Source: Candidatus Methanomethylicaceae archaeon (GTDB lineage Archaea > Thermoproteota > Methanomethylicia > Methanomethylicales > Methanomethylicaceae). From it: DNA of 64,000 bases. Below are positions 43,252-53,518 of the stretch, piece after piece. The translations under genes and the position numbers were made by a program. The notes beneath the pieces were generated by a model, which was given only the letters and a program-made list of their open reading frames with translations, was not told the origin of the DNA and made no database searches. Position 1 is the first letter of the stretch. Each line of letters starts with the position of its first letter. The stretch covers positions 14,565 to 78,564 of the forward strand of contig JACTUC010000006.1 of NCBI GenBank assembly GCA_015660995.1, in the 5' to 3' direction.

Positions 43252-43677
43252 TTGCAGCTATCCCGAAACGAAAAATCCGCAGGCTTTGTGATCTTCAGGA
43301 GGAATGGCGGGACGAAGTTCCTCTTCCTCACCAACAAAGGAAGGTATGACGTTCCCAAGGGCCTTAAGCAGAAGGGGGAGGACGATCTGGAATGCGCCCT
43401 CAGGGAGCTCAAAGAAGAGACTGGAATAAGCGATGTTAGCATTATCCCGAACTTCAAAAGGGCAACACACTACTTCTATCGTTGGGAAAACACCCTGATA
43501 AGCAAAGATGTTGTCTATTTCCTTGGTGAGGCCAATTCAGGCGAGGTTCAGATATCCTCTGAGCACGATGGATATTCTTGGCTTACAAAAGATGAAGTCC
43601 TTTCAAAGATAAAATACAAAAATCTAAGGGGCATAATCATGGAAGTCGACCAGATGATTTCGACCATGAAAAAGTAG
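43252..43677 (+). CDS. Nudix hydrolase (Ap4A hydrolase-like)
   Basis: EKSAG, PKG..GEDDLECALRELKEETG, SSEHDGYSW. Confidence 0.9.
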   Translation: MQLSRNEKSAGFVIFRRNGGTKFLFLTNKGRYDVPKGLKQKGEDDLECALRELKEETGISDVSIIPNFKRATHYFYRWENTLISKDVVYFLGEANSGEVQISSEHDGYSWLTKDEVLSKIKYKNLRGIIMEVDQMISTMKK

Positions 43678-43699
43678 CCCGTTCAATTTATTAAATCCC

Positions 43700-44320
43700 T
43701 TGCCTTTCCCTCATGTGGTGCGAATAGTGAAGGTTCCTGAGGTTGTAGGTCTACTCATTTCTTGGATCGTAATCAGCATCTGCTTCTCGGTGGCGTACCT
43801 CTTTTCTGACCTATCTCTTTTCCCCCTCGCTTTCCTATTGGCAGCAGGCTCCGCAGGCGTTGGCTTCCTCTTGCACGAGCTGGCTCATCGGACTGTCGCG
43901 AGGAGATACGGTTGCTATGCTGTCTACCAGCTTTGGATTTGGGGGCTCGTCCTTGCACTAGCTATGGCAATATTAACCCAGGGGCAGCTAATATTCGCCG
44001 CACTTGGTGCAGTTTACATCACCCCCATGGCGATCTCCCCCTATGTCGACACGAATACCATGAAGCGGGTCTATGGTCTAATCTCTCTGGCGGGACCCTC
44101 AATGAACCTGCTGTTAGTAGTCATCTTCTTCTTCCTTTATCTACAGAATGGGATAGTAGGAGATTTGGGATACATAGGCATGCAGATCAATCTATGGCTA
44201 GCCGCATTCAATCTCATTCCAATCCCTCCCTTCGACGGCTCGAAAATATTCAGCTGGTCAAAAATAGTATGGGCAATCTTCACCATCCCGGCTTGGCTTC
44301 TGTTATTCTTTGTGTTATAA
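43700..44320 (+). CDS. Site-2 protease (M50)
   Basis: HELAH, AGP..N, FNLIPIPPFDG; start uncertain. Confidence 0.92.
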   Translation: MPFPHVVRIVKVPEVVGLLISWIVISICFSVAYLFSDLSLFPLAFLLAAGSAGVGFLLHELAHRTVARRYGCYAVYQLWIWGLVLALAMAILTQGQLIFAALGAVYITPMAISPYVDTNTMKRVYGLISLAGPSMNLLLVVIFFFLYLQNGIVGDLGYIGMQINLWLAAFNLIPIPPFDGSKIFSWSKIVWAIFTIPAWLLLFFVL

Positions 44321-44352
44321 GCAGCACACAATAAATAAAATCCTTAAATTAA

Positions 44353-45555
44353 ATGTCAGCGCAGTCTGATCTGGTGCTCATAATGGCAGGTTTGGATTAC
44401 GAACTCTCCTTACTTGGCGAGCTAGTTGAGATTAACACCGACACTGCAAAGAAGACTGGCTATCCGCAATGTGCCTCGCTAATCTCCAAGAGGATGGAGG
44501 AACTAGGTTTGCGGGTGGAAGTTGTAGACCCAGAGGAAAAAGTGGGCGATGGTCTCCCGAGGCCTAGCGTCGTAGGCACCTTGGATGTGGGTGCCCAGGA
44601 GACGATCGGTCTGGTGACCCACTATGATGTAGTCCCTCCTGGCGACAACTGGCAGAGGGATCCTTTCAAGTTCACTGTTGAGGGAGATCGTGCCTATGGG
44701 CGGGGGTCTTCCGATGACAAGAGCGCCATCGCTGTCTGCATGGGCGCCGTGAAAACAGTTGGCAAGGATGCGCGGCACAACGTTAAGATCATAGCCTCTC
44801 CAGAAGAGGAGATCGGGGGGACGTGGGGGATAGGTTACGTAATGGGCGATTATGGGCTGCGGTTCGACTACGGAGTAATCGTTGATGCCCAACCTAACAT
44901 GATATCCATAGGAGCTAGCGGCATAATCCAAGGCGAGACAAGGGTGTTTGGCAAGCAGGGGCACGCCGGTTACCCCCACCACGCCAACAACCCAATACCC
45001 AAGCTCGCCCGCCTCCTGACCGCGTTCGAAGAGTTTGCTAGGTTTAGGGAGCGCAAGCTCTCGTCCATCGATGCCCCGCCGAACTCCCCCAAGAAGAAGC
45101 TGTGGGGGAGGATCTCCTTCACAATGATCGGCGGAGGGGAAAAGGAGAATGTTATCCCTGGCGAGGCATGGGCAAGGTTCGACATGCGCCTCCTCCCGGA
45201 CGAGAACCCTGCCGAAGCAAAGAATGAGCTGCAGGAGTTCTTCGACCGAACGAAGGAGAGGCTCGCCATAAATGCCCAGCTCACGTTCACAAAATTCGAT
45301 GACGCTTACCTCACACCGCCCTCAAGCGAGATCGTAAAACGCTTTGCCGATGCTACTGCTGCCGTATTCGGAGTTCCGCTCCCATTAGCAGCATCCCTGG
45401 GAGGGGACGATGGCAAGTTCCTCTTCGAGAAAGGCATACCAGTTGTGAGCTACGGCGCCATTGCGGAGGATTCCAACTTCCATGGAAAAGATGAATTCGT
45501 CCGACTGTCCGACCTTCAGAACGTCAGAGATGTATTGATCCGCCTCATCGGATAG
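44353..45555 (+). CDS. M20 metallopeptidase/deacylase (ArgE/DapE family)
   Basis: HYDVVP, GRGSSDDK, PEEEIGG, GHA, FHGKDE. Confidence 0.9.
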   Translation: MSAQSDLVLIMAGLDYELSLLGELVEINTDTAKKTGYPQCASLISKRMEELGLRVEVVDPEEKVGDGLPRPSVVGTLDVGAQETIGLVTHYDVVPPGDNWQRDPFKFTVEGDRAYGRGSSDDKSAIAVCMGAVKTVGKDARHNVKIIASPEEEIGGTWGIGYVMGDYGLRFDYGVIVDAQPNMISIGASGIIQGETRVFGKQGHAGYPHHANNPIPKLARLLTAFEEFARFRERKLSSIDAPPNSPKKKLWGRISFTMIGGGEKENVIPGEAWARFDMRLLPDENPAEAKNELQEFFDRTKERLAINAQLTFTKFDDAYLTPPSSEIVKRFADATAAVFGVPLPLAASLGGDDGKFLFEKGIPVVSYGAIAEDSNFHGKDEFVRLSDLQNVRDVLIRLIG

Positions 45556-45630
45556 CTGAACTGCAAGTCGAAAAAATGCGCCTTTGGGTGGCTGCCATCG
45601 ACCCACTATGTGCATACCCGCCTTTCTGGA

Positions 45631-46116
45631 TCAGAAGAGGTATCCAAAGCCCCAAACGACTGCTGTTACAATTATCGCTGCCCCAAGCACGCCTAGGGCA
45701 ATCGACGCAAATGCCTTCTTGAAATCCATGCCCAACAGGTAAGCCAAGATGCAGCCTGTCCATGCTCCCGTAAATGGTATAGGAACTGCCACGAAAATAG
45801 CCAGCCCCCCATAGCCGTATTTGTCAATCTGCGACTTGTACTTTGACCTGACGTAAACAATGTACTTTACATAATACTTCTTCAGCCGATTAGTGTCCTT
45901 CATCCCAAGTATCCAACTATTGACCTTCCCCATTAAAAGAAGTACGAACGGTATGAAAATAATGTTGCCGAACAATGAGGCAAAGAATACGACCCAGATG
46001 TTCATGCCCGCAAGAAATCCGTATATGATGGACCCCCTGCACTCACTTATGGGCGCCAGTGCGAACAGGACGACATATAGTATCTGCTGAATGGAGTCCA
46101 TGAAGGTAAAAATCAA
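45631..46116 (-). CDS. COG2426 small multidrug-export-like membrane protein
   Basis: PISECRGSI, FVAVPIPFTGAWTG. Confidence 0.85.
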   Translation of the reverse strand: MIFTFMDSIQQILYVVLFALAPISECRGSIIYGFLAGMNIWVVFFASLFGNIIFIPFVLLLMGKVNSWILGMKDTNRLKKYYVKYIVYVRSKYKSQIDKYGYGGLAIFVAVPIPFTGAWTGCILAYLLGMDFKKAFASIALGVLGAAIIVTAVVWGFGYLF

Positions 46117-46172
46117 TTCTGGCTTATAGCCTTATTTATACAGCGAGTAATGAGAATATTTGATGTGAGAGA

Positions 46173-46916
46173 ATGCGAGCCATAGTTCTGGCCGGGGGCT
46201 ACGCCAAGAGGCTCTGGCCCCTTACCAAAGACTGCCCAAAACCCCTGCTGCCCATAGGCGACTCCCACATCTTGGACTACATTGTCTCCAAGATCAACGA
46301 TGTCAATAGAATCGAAGAGATAATCCTCGCAACGAACCAGAGGTTCGAGGGCAATTTCCTCGAATGGGTAAGGGAGAGGGGGTACAGAAACATCACGGTC
46401 TTTCCAGAACCTTCTATGCAAGAGGAAGAGAAGCTTGGCCCCGTAAAGGCGATTGATCTCATAATCAAGGAAACCCCCCGAGACGACTTTCTCATTGCTG
46501 CGGGCGACAACCTCTTCTCCCTCGACCTTGCCGAGCTTGTCACCTTCTACAGAAAGGTAAAGTCACCCGTAATTGCCCTCTATGAGGTCGGAAGTCTTGA
46601 ACTCGCGAAGAAGTATGCCTCCGTCGAAGTGAATGAGAAACGGAAGATAGTCAGCTTTGAGGAGAAGCCCGAGTACCCCAAGAGCCAACTCGTCTCTACA
46701 GGGATTTACGTCCTGCCGTGGAAGAGCATATCCAAAATAGGGGCATACCTCCAAGATGGCAACCTCCCAGATCCCATTGGCAGGTTCATTGGTTGGCTCT
46801 CTGAACGTGAAAATGTATACGGTTTCAAGTTTGCTGGGTACTGGTACGACATAGGATCGTTGGAGTCTTACGCGAGCGCCCAAGAAGATTTCAGGAAGAG
46901 GCCATCAAAGCGCTAA
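46173..46916 (+). CDS. Sugar-phosphate nucleotidyltransferase
   Basis: LAGGYAKRLWPLT..PKPLLP, GDNL, FEEKP, WYDIG. Confidence 0.92.
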   Translation: MRAIVLAGGYAKRLWPLTKDCPKPLLPIGDSHILDYIVSKINDVNRIEEIILATNQRFEGNFLEWVRERGYRNITVFPEPSMQEEEKLGPVKAIDLIIKETPRDDFLIAAGDNLFSLDLAELVTFYRKVKSPVIALYEVGSLELAKKYASVEVNEKRKIVSFEEKPEYPKSQLVSTGIYVLPWKSISKIGAYLQDGNLPDPIGRFIGWLSERENVYGFKFAGYWYDIGSLESYASAQEDFRKRPSKR

Positions 46917-46946
46917 GGCGATATCTACATTAAAGGGGCAACTGGC

Positions 46947-47912
46947 CTAAAGAAGGGTGCGAGCCCCTTTCACTTGCCCAAGCTCTTTCTCGAACCATGC
47001 CAGGGTTCTCCCAAGGCCCTCTCGGATGCCTACCTTTGCCTTCCATCTCAACTCACGCTCTGCCTTTCCCACATCAGGCCGCGTTAGTTCGACATCGCCG
47101 AGCCACGCTACCCCGCCCCTGGCGCTGACTTCCACGCCCCCCAGACCCAGTATCTCGAGCATCATCTTCACAAGCCCAATGACGCTGCAGGACTCGCCTA
47201 GGCCGATGTTGTATGCTTCCCCTGCGCACTTCGACTTCGGCGCAAGCAGAAAGGCATCGATGGCATCGTCTATGTACAAGTAGTCCTTTGTCTGCTCCCC
47301 TGAGCCTAGAACCTCCAGCCTCGCCGAGCCCCTCAGAAGCTTCCTGTAGAGATCTATCATCACGCCTTTGTTTGTCCCAGGCCCGTAGACGTTGAACAGC
47401 CTCAGGGTGACGGTGGGGACATGATATAGCTCGCTGTAGATCCTGCAGTAGTGCTCAGCCGCCATCTTCGATAGGCCATAGAACGAGTAAGGTATGAGGG
47501 CTTCGTCCTCGGGGGTAGGCGTCCTTGCAGCGTTTCCGTAAACAGTGGACGATGAGGCGAAGACCACCCTGGCGCTGCCCGCTTTTGCTGCCTCAAGTAT
47601 GTTGAAGGTGCCATCTATATTTATGCTCATGTCTAAGCGAGGGTCCTTCGTAGAGACAGGAACGCTCGACTGTGCCGCGAGGTGGTAGATCAGGTCGCAC
47701 CCCTTGGCCACTCCCGCCACCGCCTTCGCGTCCCTTATGTCGCCATTGATGAACTCCACTCCGCCGGTCTTGACAAGACCAGATATATTGGAGAGGCTCC
47801 CTGTTGAGAGATTGTCAAAGATCCTGAGCATCTCTCCCTGCCTTATCAGTTGCTCTGCCAGCTTAGGACCAATGAAGCCTGCCCCACCTGTAATAAGGAT
47901 CAACGTTTCCAC
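46947..47912 (-). CDS. NAD-dependent sugar epimerase/dehydratase
   Basis: ITGGAGFIG, HLAA, YGLSK, FNVYGP; start moved to the GTG at 47912. Confidence 0.92.
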   Translation of the reverse strand: METLILITGGAGFIGPKLAEQLIRQGEMLRIFDNLSTGSLSNISGLVKTGGVEFINGDIRDAKAVAGVAKGCDLIYHLAAQSSVPVSTKDPRLDMSINIDGTFNILEAAKAGSARVVFASSSTVYGNAARTPTPEDEALIPYSFYGLSKMAAEHYCRIYSELYHVPTVTLRLFNVYGPGTNKGVMIDLYRKLLRGSARLEVLGSGEQTKDYLYIDDAIDAFLLAPKSKCAGEAYNIGLGESCSVIGLVKMMLEILGLGGVEVSARGGVAWLGDVELTRPDVGKAERELRWKAKVGIREGLGRTLAWFEKELGQVKGARTLL

Positions 47913-48072
47913 CTGAGCTAGAAGTTTGGGGGGAGTGATATTAAAGGTTCTACGTGCGAAGTGCACTGCCGAACCCCCGGCGCCATAAAAACGATATAAC
48001 TCTGTAATTGGGAAAGTCTTAATTCGATCGAGCATTAACCTTTCTACAACAACTCACTTACCAGGGTCTAAC

Positions 48073-49242
48073 TTGAGATATTTCACCAGCCCATACAACT
48101 TTCTTCACCAGGAATGCAGACAGATAAAGATCTACGATACGACCCTCAGGGATGGGGAGCAAACCCCGGGCGTCAAGTTCACGAAAGAGCACAAGGTCCA
48201 GATCGCGAGGAAGCTCGACACCTTGGGCGTGCACACAATTGAGGCTGGGTTCCCTGTAATATCCGCCTATGACGAGGAGGCAGTCAGGGCCGTCGCAGCC
48301 GAGCACCTCAGCGCCGACGTCATATGCCTTTGCAGGTCAAAGAAGAAGGACATAGATGCCGCGCTGAGGGCAGACGTAGACGGAGTAATAATATTCCTGG
48401 CTGTGTCAGATCTACACCTGAAGCACAAGCTGCACATTGATCTCACGACCGCCGTGAACATGGCAGCAGAATCAATCTCCTACGCTAAGGAGCACGGCCT
48501 CTATGTCCAGCTCTCGGCTGAGGATGCCACACGAACCTCGCTTGACTCGCTGACAGCACTCTACAGTGCAGCAGAGGAGAGCGGGGCAGACAGGCTAGGC
48601 ATTGCGGACACGACAGGTTGCATAAGACCCCAGGGGATGCACTACCTCGTGGAATCGCTGCGGAAGGTCTTTGACACAGAGCTCTCGGTCCATTGCCACG
48701 ACGACTTCGGGCTGGCAGTGGCAAACTCGCTCGCAGCCTACGAGGCTGGCGTGGATGCGATATCTGTCACAGTCAACGGTCTCGGCGAGAGGTGTGGCAA
48801 CGCTGCACTGGAGGAGGTCGTTATGGCTCTCTATTCCCTATACGGGGTAGACCTCAAGTTCAGGATCGATCTGCTCAAGTCACTCTCTGACATGGTCTCG
48901 GAGTACTCTGGTATCCCTATCCCGATAAACAAGGCCGTCGTAGGCCCCAACGCTTTCAGGCATGAATCGGGGATCCACGTGGCTGCCGTGATGAAGTGCC
49001 CGTTCACCTATGAATCCTACGAGCCGCAGCTGGTGGGTCAGGACAGGAAGCTAGTCTTCGGCAGGCACTCCGGGTCCGACGGCGTCAGGGAGAAACTCAA
49101 GTCCTTTGGCTTAGCTATCAGCGATGAAGAGCTTGCTGACATCGTAAGCCAACTGAAGACCCTACCGATGGACGCCTATCTCGATAACGATGGGCTAGCC
49201 GATTTCGCCAAGAAGATCCTGGCGAAGAGGGGCAGAAGTTGA
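48073..49242 (+). CDS. aksA: Methanogen (R)-homocitrate synthase
   Basis: MRYFTSPYN..IYDTTLRDGEQTPGV, DVDGVI.F...SDLHLKHKL, HCHDDFGLA, GLGERCGN, HESGIH; no LeuA regulatory domain. Confidence 0.85.
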   Translation: MRYFTSPYNFLHQECRQIKIYDTTLRDGEQTPGVKFTKEHKVQIARKLDTLGVHTIEAGFPVISAYDEEAVRAVAAEHLSADVICLCRSKKKDIDAALRADVDGVIIFLAVSDLHLKHKLHIDLTTAVNMAAESISYAKEHGLYVQLSAEDATRTSLDSLTALYSAAEESGADRLGIADTTGCIRPQGMHYLVESLRKVFDTELSVHCHDDFGLAVANSLAAYEAGVDAISVTVNGLGERCGNAALEEVVMALYSLYGVDLKFRIDLLKSLSDMVSEYSGIPIPINKAVVGPNAFRHESGIHVAAVMKCPFTYESYEPQLVGQDRKLVFGRHSGSDGVREKLKSFGLAISDEELADIVSQLKTLPMDAYLDNDGLADFAKKILAKRGRS

Positions 49243-50066
49243 GCAAAGGAGTCTATTCACTCGCCACATCCAACAAGGCAAAGGTGGCGGTTGGGCTCAA
49301 TTCGGACCTCCCGTCAGCGGAGAGGGTGGTGAACTCGGCCCTCTTCGCCAAGAGGGAAGGTTACGCCGAGCCAATTTTCATCTCTGCGAAGAAACCCGAA
49401 TCCCCCCTATTCGATGCAGTAGGCAAGGACATGTCTCTTATCGTGGACAAATCTCCACACGTGACACTGGTCGAGCTCCTGAAGGAAGGCACGGTGGATT
49501 CTGCCATCAGGGGCAACCTCGCTTCCAAGGAACTCATACCCCTGCTCCGCGAGGAGTTCAATTGTCCCAACCTCTGCCGCATCACCCTGCTCGACATAGC
49601 AAATAGGCTCGTTATGCTGGCGCCTGTGGGCATAGACGAGGGGGACAAGCTGGAGGACCTACTCATGATAGCAGGGCACGCAAAGAGGCTGGCAGAGGCG
49701 CTCAGGATGCCATGCAATGTCGCAGTCATCTCAGGAGGGCGGCTCGAGGACAGGGGAAGAAGCAAGAAAGTGGACAGCATGCTATCTGCCTCGGAATCGC
49801 TCACGAAGGAGCTGAAGGCGGTGGGTATTAGCGCTGTGAATGTCGGGATCGAGATCGAGCGGGCAATAGAGGGCGACTCAACCCTCATACTTGCTCCCGA
49901 TGGCGTGATGGGAAACCTGATCTTCAGATCGCTTGTCCTAGTTGGGAACGTCGAGAGCTTCGGGGCCTACGCGGCTGCACTGCCGAGGGTTTATGTCGAC
50001 ACCTCGCGGGCTAAGGGAAGCTTCATGCTGCCAATAGTCCTTGCCAGCGCCCTCAGCAAGCTTTAA
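49239..50066 (+). CDS. mtxX: Methanogenesis marker protein 4 (MtxX family)
   Basis: VDSAIRG, LAPVGIDEG, SGGRLEDRGRS..VD, APDG..GNLIFRSL, VDTSR. Confidence 0.88.
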   Translation: MSKGVYSLATSNKAKVAVGLNSDLPSAERVVNSALFAKREGYAEPIFISAKKPESPLFDAVGKDMSLIVDKSPHVTLVELLKEGTVDSAIRGNLASKELIPLLREEFNCPNLCRITLLDIANRLVMLAPVGIDEGDKLEDLLMIAGHAKRLAEALRMPCNVAVISGGRLEDRGRSKKVDSMLSASESLTKELKAVGISAVNVGIEIERAIEGDSTLILAPDGVMGNLIFRSLVLVGNVESFGAYAAALPRVYVDTSRAKGSFMLPIVLASALSKL

Positions 50067-50144
50067 AGGCCCCGCACTGCTTGGCGCGGCATTACGACAA
50101 CTAAAAATAGCCGCCATACCCTCTTATAGGAAGAGGTCTCAACA

Positions 50145-51380
50145 TTGGGAAGCACAGCTGTTGAGAAGATAATTTCTCGTTCCGCGGGCCGAGCCGTGCA
50201 GGTGGGCGAGTTCGTCGAGGTTCCTGTAGATTTTGCCTATTTACACGATGGCACAGGCCCATTGATCGTAGATGCCCTCGGCAAGATGGGCGTTGAGAAG
50301 GTCATTGACCCAGACAGAGTGGGGATAGTCTTCGATCACTCCGTCCCGCCATACAGCGACCAGGCAGCAACTCTGCAAGCAAAAGTTAGGAAGTTTGCAA
50401 GGTCTCAGGGGATATTGAAGTTCCATGACCTCGGCGAAGGCATATGCCACCAGGTTATGCCCGAGAAGGGCTATGTCAGCCCTGGAACAGTTGTGATAGG
50501 CGCCGATTCCCATAGCTGCACTCTCGGCTGCTTCGGGCTCTTCTCATCTGGTGTGGGTGCAACGGACCTGGCCTACATACTCGCCACCGGGGGCACATGG
50601 CTCAAGGTCCCTGAGACTCTGAAGGTAGAATGCACAGGGGTTCTGAAAGGCAAGTTGTCGTCGAAGGACCTCATACTAGAGATCGTGAAGATGGTCGGGA
50701 CCGACGGCGCAACCTACAAGGCGCTTGAATTCAGTGGCGAGGCGGTCCGGCAGATGTCCCAATCATCAAGGATGACCATGTCCAACATGGCTGTGGAGAT
50801 GGGCGCAAAGACTGGATTCATGGAGGCGGACGCGAAGACATTCGAGTTCCTCGGCAGGACAGGTCCCGTCGTCAAGACCGACTCCAAGACCGAGACCGTG
50901 ACCGTCGATGCTGGCAGTCTCGATCCCAAGGTCGCCTGCCCGGGGAGCGTAGCCAACGTGAAATCAGTTGTAGAGGTAGAGGGTACCCACATCGATCAGG
51001 CATTCCTGGGCTCGTGCACCAACGGGAGGTATGAGGACCTCTACGAAGCCGCGAAGATAATAAAGGGGAAGAAGGTGCACCAGGATACTAGGTTCATTGT
51101 AATCCCCGCCTCGAAGACTATACAGCTGGCGGCGCAGAAGGACGGGCTCATGGACATATTCCAGGAAGCTGGCGCAATTATAGGTGTTACCGGCTGCGGG
51201 CCGTGCTTGGGCGTGCATATGGGGGTCTTGGGTGAGAATGAGGTCTGCGTATCCACTTCCAACAGGAACTTCATTGGGAGGATGGGTCACCCCAAGTCCT
51301 CGGTCTACCTTGCTTCCGCGCAGACGGTTGCGGCGTCAGCAGTCGAGGGGAAGATAACCGATCCAAGGAGGTTTGCTTGA
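50145..51380 (+). CDS. aksD: Homoaconitase large subunit
   Basis: [42 protein letters not shown]. Confidence 0.85.
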   Translation: MGSTAVEKIISRSAGRAVQVGEFVEVPVDFAYLHDGTGPLIVDALGKMGVEKVIDPDRVGIVFDHSVPPYSDQAATLQAKVRKFARSQGILKFHDLGEGICHQVMPEKGYVSPGTVVIGADSHSCTLGCFGLFSSGVGATDLAYILATGGTWLKVPETLKVECTGVLKGKLSSKDLILEIVKMVGTDGATYKALEFSGEAVRQMSQSSRMTMSNMAVEMGAKTGFMEADAKTFEFLGRTGPVVKTDSKTETVTVDAGSLDPKVACPGSVANVKSVVEVEGTHIDQAFLGSCTNGRYEDLYEAAKIIKGKKVHQDTRFIVIPASKTIQLAAQKDGLMDIFQEAGAIIGVTGCGPCLGVHMGVLGENEVCVSTSNRNFIGRMGHPKSSVYLASAQTVAASAVEGKITDPRRFA

Positions 51381-51868
51381 TGCTAAAAGGTCGAGTCTGG
51401 AAGTTCGGGGATGACGTCGACACCGATGTGATTATACCTGCAAAGTACCTCCGGTCTGTGGACCAGACTGTATGGCCGAAGCACGTTCTGGAGGGGCTCG
51501 ATCCCAGCTTCAGCTTAAAGGTGAAGCTTGGCGACATAATCGTCGCGGGTAAGAACTTTGGCTGCGGCTCCAGCAGGGAACAGGCAGCACTGGCGATCAA
51601 GTGGGCTGGTGTGGCTGCCGTGATTGCCGAATCCTTCGCTAGAATATTCTTCAGGAACGCCATAAACAACGGCCTACCCCTGATCGAATGCAGGGGGATA
51701 AGCAAGCTCGTGGAGGAGGGAGAGGTCATAGCGGTTGACCTCGATCGCGGCGAGGTCCGCACAAACAATGGGATGTTGAGGTCGGTCCCACTGCCGCCAT
51801 TCCTGCAGGAAATTGTCAACAGCGGTGGCCTCGTCGAGTACTATAAAGCAAGAAAGAAGGTGCATTGA
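51377..51868 (+). CDS. aksE: Homoaconitase small subunit
   Basis: [13 protein letters not shown] (YLRx loop of tricarboxylate-acting enzymes), [20 protein letters not shown]. Confidence 0.85.
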   Translation: MMLKGRVWKFGDDVDTDVIIPAKYLRSVDQTVWPKHVLEGLDPSFSLKVKLGDIIVAGKNFGCGSSREQAALAIKWAGVAAVIAESFARIFFRNAINNGLPLIECRGISKLVEEGEVIAVDLDRGEVRTNNGMLRSVPLPPFLQEIVNSGGLVEYYKARKKVH

Positions 51869-53473
51869 TTGTCTAGGATCACACAACGGGATGCCGGATC
51901 GCCCAACACATCCCAGGTCGTGGTGAAGGCCCTTGAGAAGCTCGGCATTGGCGTCGCCTTCGGCATACCAGGCATGTGGTCATTGCCAATCTATGATGCG
52001 CTCTGCGACTCGAAGATACGACACGTCCTCGTCAGGCACGAGCAGTTTGCGGCCTATGCTGCTGACGGGTACGCAAGGGCTTCCGGGAAGCCAGGCTTCT
52101 GCCTAGGCACGGCTGGACCTGGCGCAGTCAACATCGCAGCAGGCATCGCTGTGCCGTTCCGAGACCATTCCCCGGTCATCGCAGTGACCGGTCAGGTTCC
52201 CACTTTCGAGCAAGGGAAAGGATGGATAGAGGATCTCGACCTCCAGGCAATATTTTCTCCCGTTACCAAATCCACAGCGCAGATCTCGGACCCAACAAAT
52301 GCATACGAGACCATCACCGCCGCATACCTTTCATCAATCGAGGGGTGTCCCGGCCCCTCCCACGTAAGCATACCTGGGGATATCCAGAAGGCGCCATCCA
52401 AGATGAGGGATTACTCCCCGCTCCCTTCCAAGCCCGAACCCGACCCATCAGCCATCGACCAAGTCATGGACGCCATAGCCTCGTCGCAAGCCCCGCTCAT
52501 AATCTCAGGGTGGGGTGCAATCCTATCCGAATCCTCCGAGGGCATTCTGAAGCTCGCCGAGGCGCTTCCAGCACCCGTAACCACATCCTACATGGGCAGA
52601 GGAATAATACCGGAGGACAACCCGCTTTCCCTTGGTCCTGCAGGAAGAAGGGGGACGAAGGAAGCAAACGCTGCTCTCTCCAGATGCGACCTGCTCATAA
52701 CCCTAGGATGCAGGCTGACCAACCTGACGGTCGCGGGCGCTAAGCTGACCTGCAAAGTAGTTCAGGTGGATGTCGATGAAAACAACTTTTCATCCTACGC
52801 CTCGGTCAGGGTGAAAAGCGACGTTGCACTCTTCCTGGACGCAATACTGCCCAAAATCCAACATCGCTCAGGTGAACTTAACCCTCTGATGGGCTCTGTG
52901 AGCGAGCTGCCCGAAAAAGGGGAGGCCCCTGCCTTCGCCAGGGCCATCGCATCCTTCAATGATGCCCTATTCTCCCTCGACATTGGACAGCATACCATTT
53001 GGCTGATGCACGCGCTGAAGGTCAAGAGACCGCGGAGCGTGATCCTCTCGGGCAACCTCTCTGCAATGGGTTACTCCCTGCCTGCAGCCATCGGGGCAAA
53101 GCTGGCCTCGCCAGAACGCAGGGTCATTGTCGTGATCGGCGATGGCGGCTTCCAGATGACCGCCCCCGAGCTCTCTACCATCAGGGAGAACGACCTCGAC
53201 ATATCCATATGCGTATTCAACAACCGTACGCTGGGACTGATAAAGCAGCAGCAGGAGGTCGTCTACGGCAGGACGTGCGGTGTGGACTATACACGCCCTC
53301 CAGACTATGTCAAGCTTGCTCAAGCCTATGGCATTAAGGGACTAAAGATAGATTCCCCCTCCGCCCTCAAAGAAGCACTCCAGATAGCTGACGAGCCTAC
53401 GGTCTTTGATATTCCAATCCCAAAGAAGGAAGGCGTCGAGATGTCAAGACCTAGGATCCTCGACAATCAATGA
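51869..53473 (+). CDS. ThDP-dependent enzyme (three-domain decarboxylase/AHAS-like family), substrate unknown
   Basis: FGIPG, RHEQ catalytic Glu, GPG..N, GDGGFQM...NN; lacks AHAS-specific motifs. Confidence 0.85.
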   Translation: MSRITQRDAGSPNTSQVVVKALEKLGIGVAFGIPGMWSLPIYDALCDSKIRHVLVRHEQFAAYAADGYARASGKPGFCLGTAGPGAVNIAAGIAVPFRDHSPVIAVTGQVPTFEQGKGWIEDLDLQAIFSPVTKSTAQISDPTNAYETITAAYLSSIEGCPGPSHVSIPGDIQKAPSKMRDYSPLPSKPEPDPSAIDQVMDAIASSQAPLIISGWGAILSESSEGILKLAEALPAPVTTSYMGRGIIPEDNPLSLGPAGRRGTKEANAALSRCDLLITLGCRLTNLTVAGAKLTCKVVQVDVDENNFSSYASVRVKSDVALFLDAILPKIQHRSGELNPLMGSVSELPEKGEAPAFARAIASFNDALFSLDIGQHTIWLMHALKVKRPRSVILSGNLSAMGYSLPAAIGAKLASPERRVIVVIGDGGFQMTAPELSTIRENDLDISICVFNNRTLGLIKQQQEVVYGRTCGVDYTRPPDYVKLAQAYGIKGLKIDSPSALKEALQIADEPTVFDIPIPKKEGVEMSRPRILDNQ

Positions 53474-53518
53474 GATTAATAGCTGGCGACATAAAAACAA
53501 AGAGCGAGGGTACATCCA

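Noticed and set aside
43107-43349. 80 aa ORF
   Set aside because: It overlaps tRNA-Leu and the Nudix gene
48073-53473. Reading the cluster as a leuA-leuC-leuD-ilvB branched-chain amino acid operon
   Set aside because: The synthase has no LeuA regulatory domain and has an AksA-type N-terminus; YLRS loop; AHAS motifs absent; no leuB, ilvN or ilvC; interleaved with methanogenesis markers
51869-53473. Sulfopyruvate decarboxylase ComDE
   Set aside because: ComD/E lack the central domain; this is a 534-aa three-domain protein
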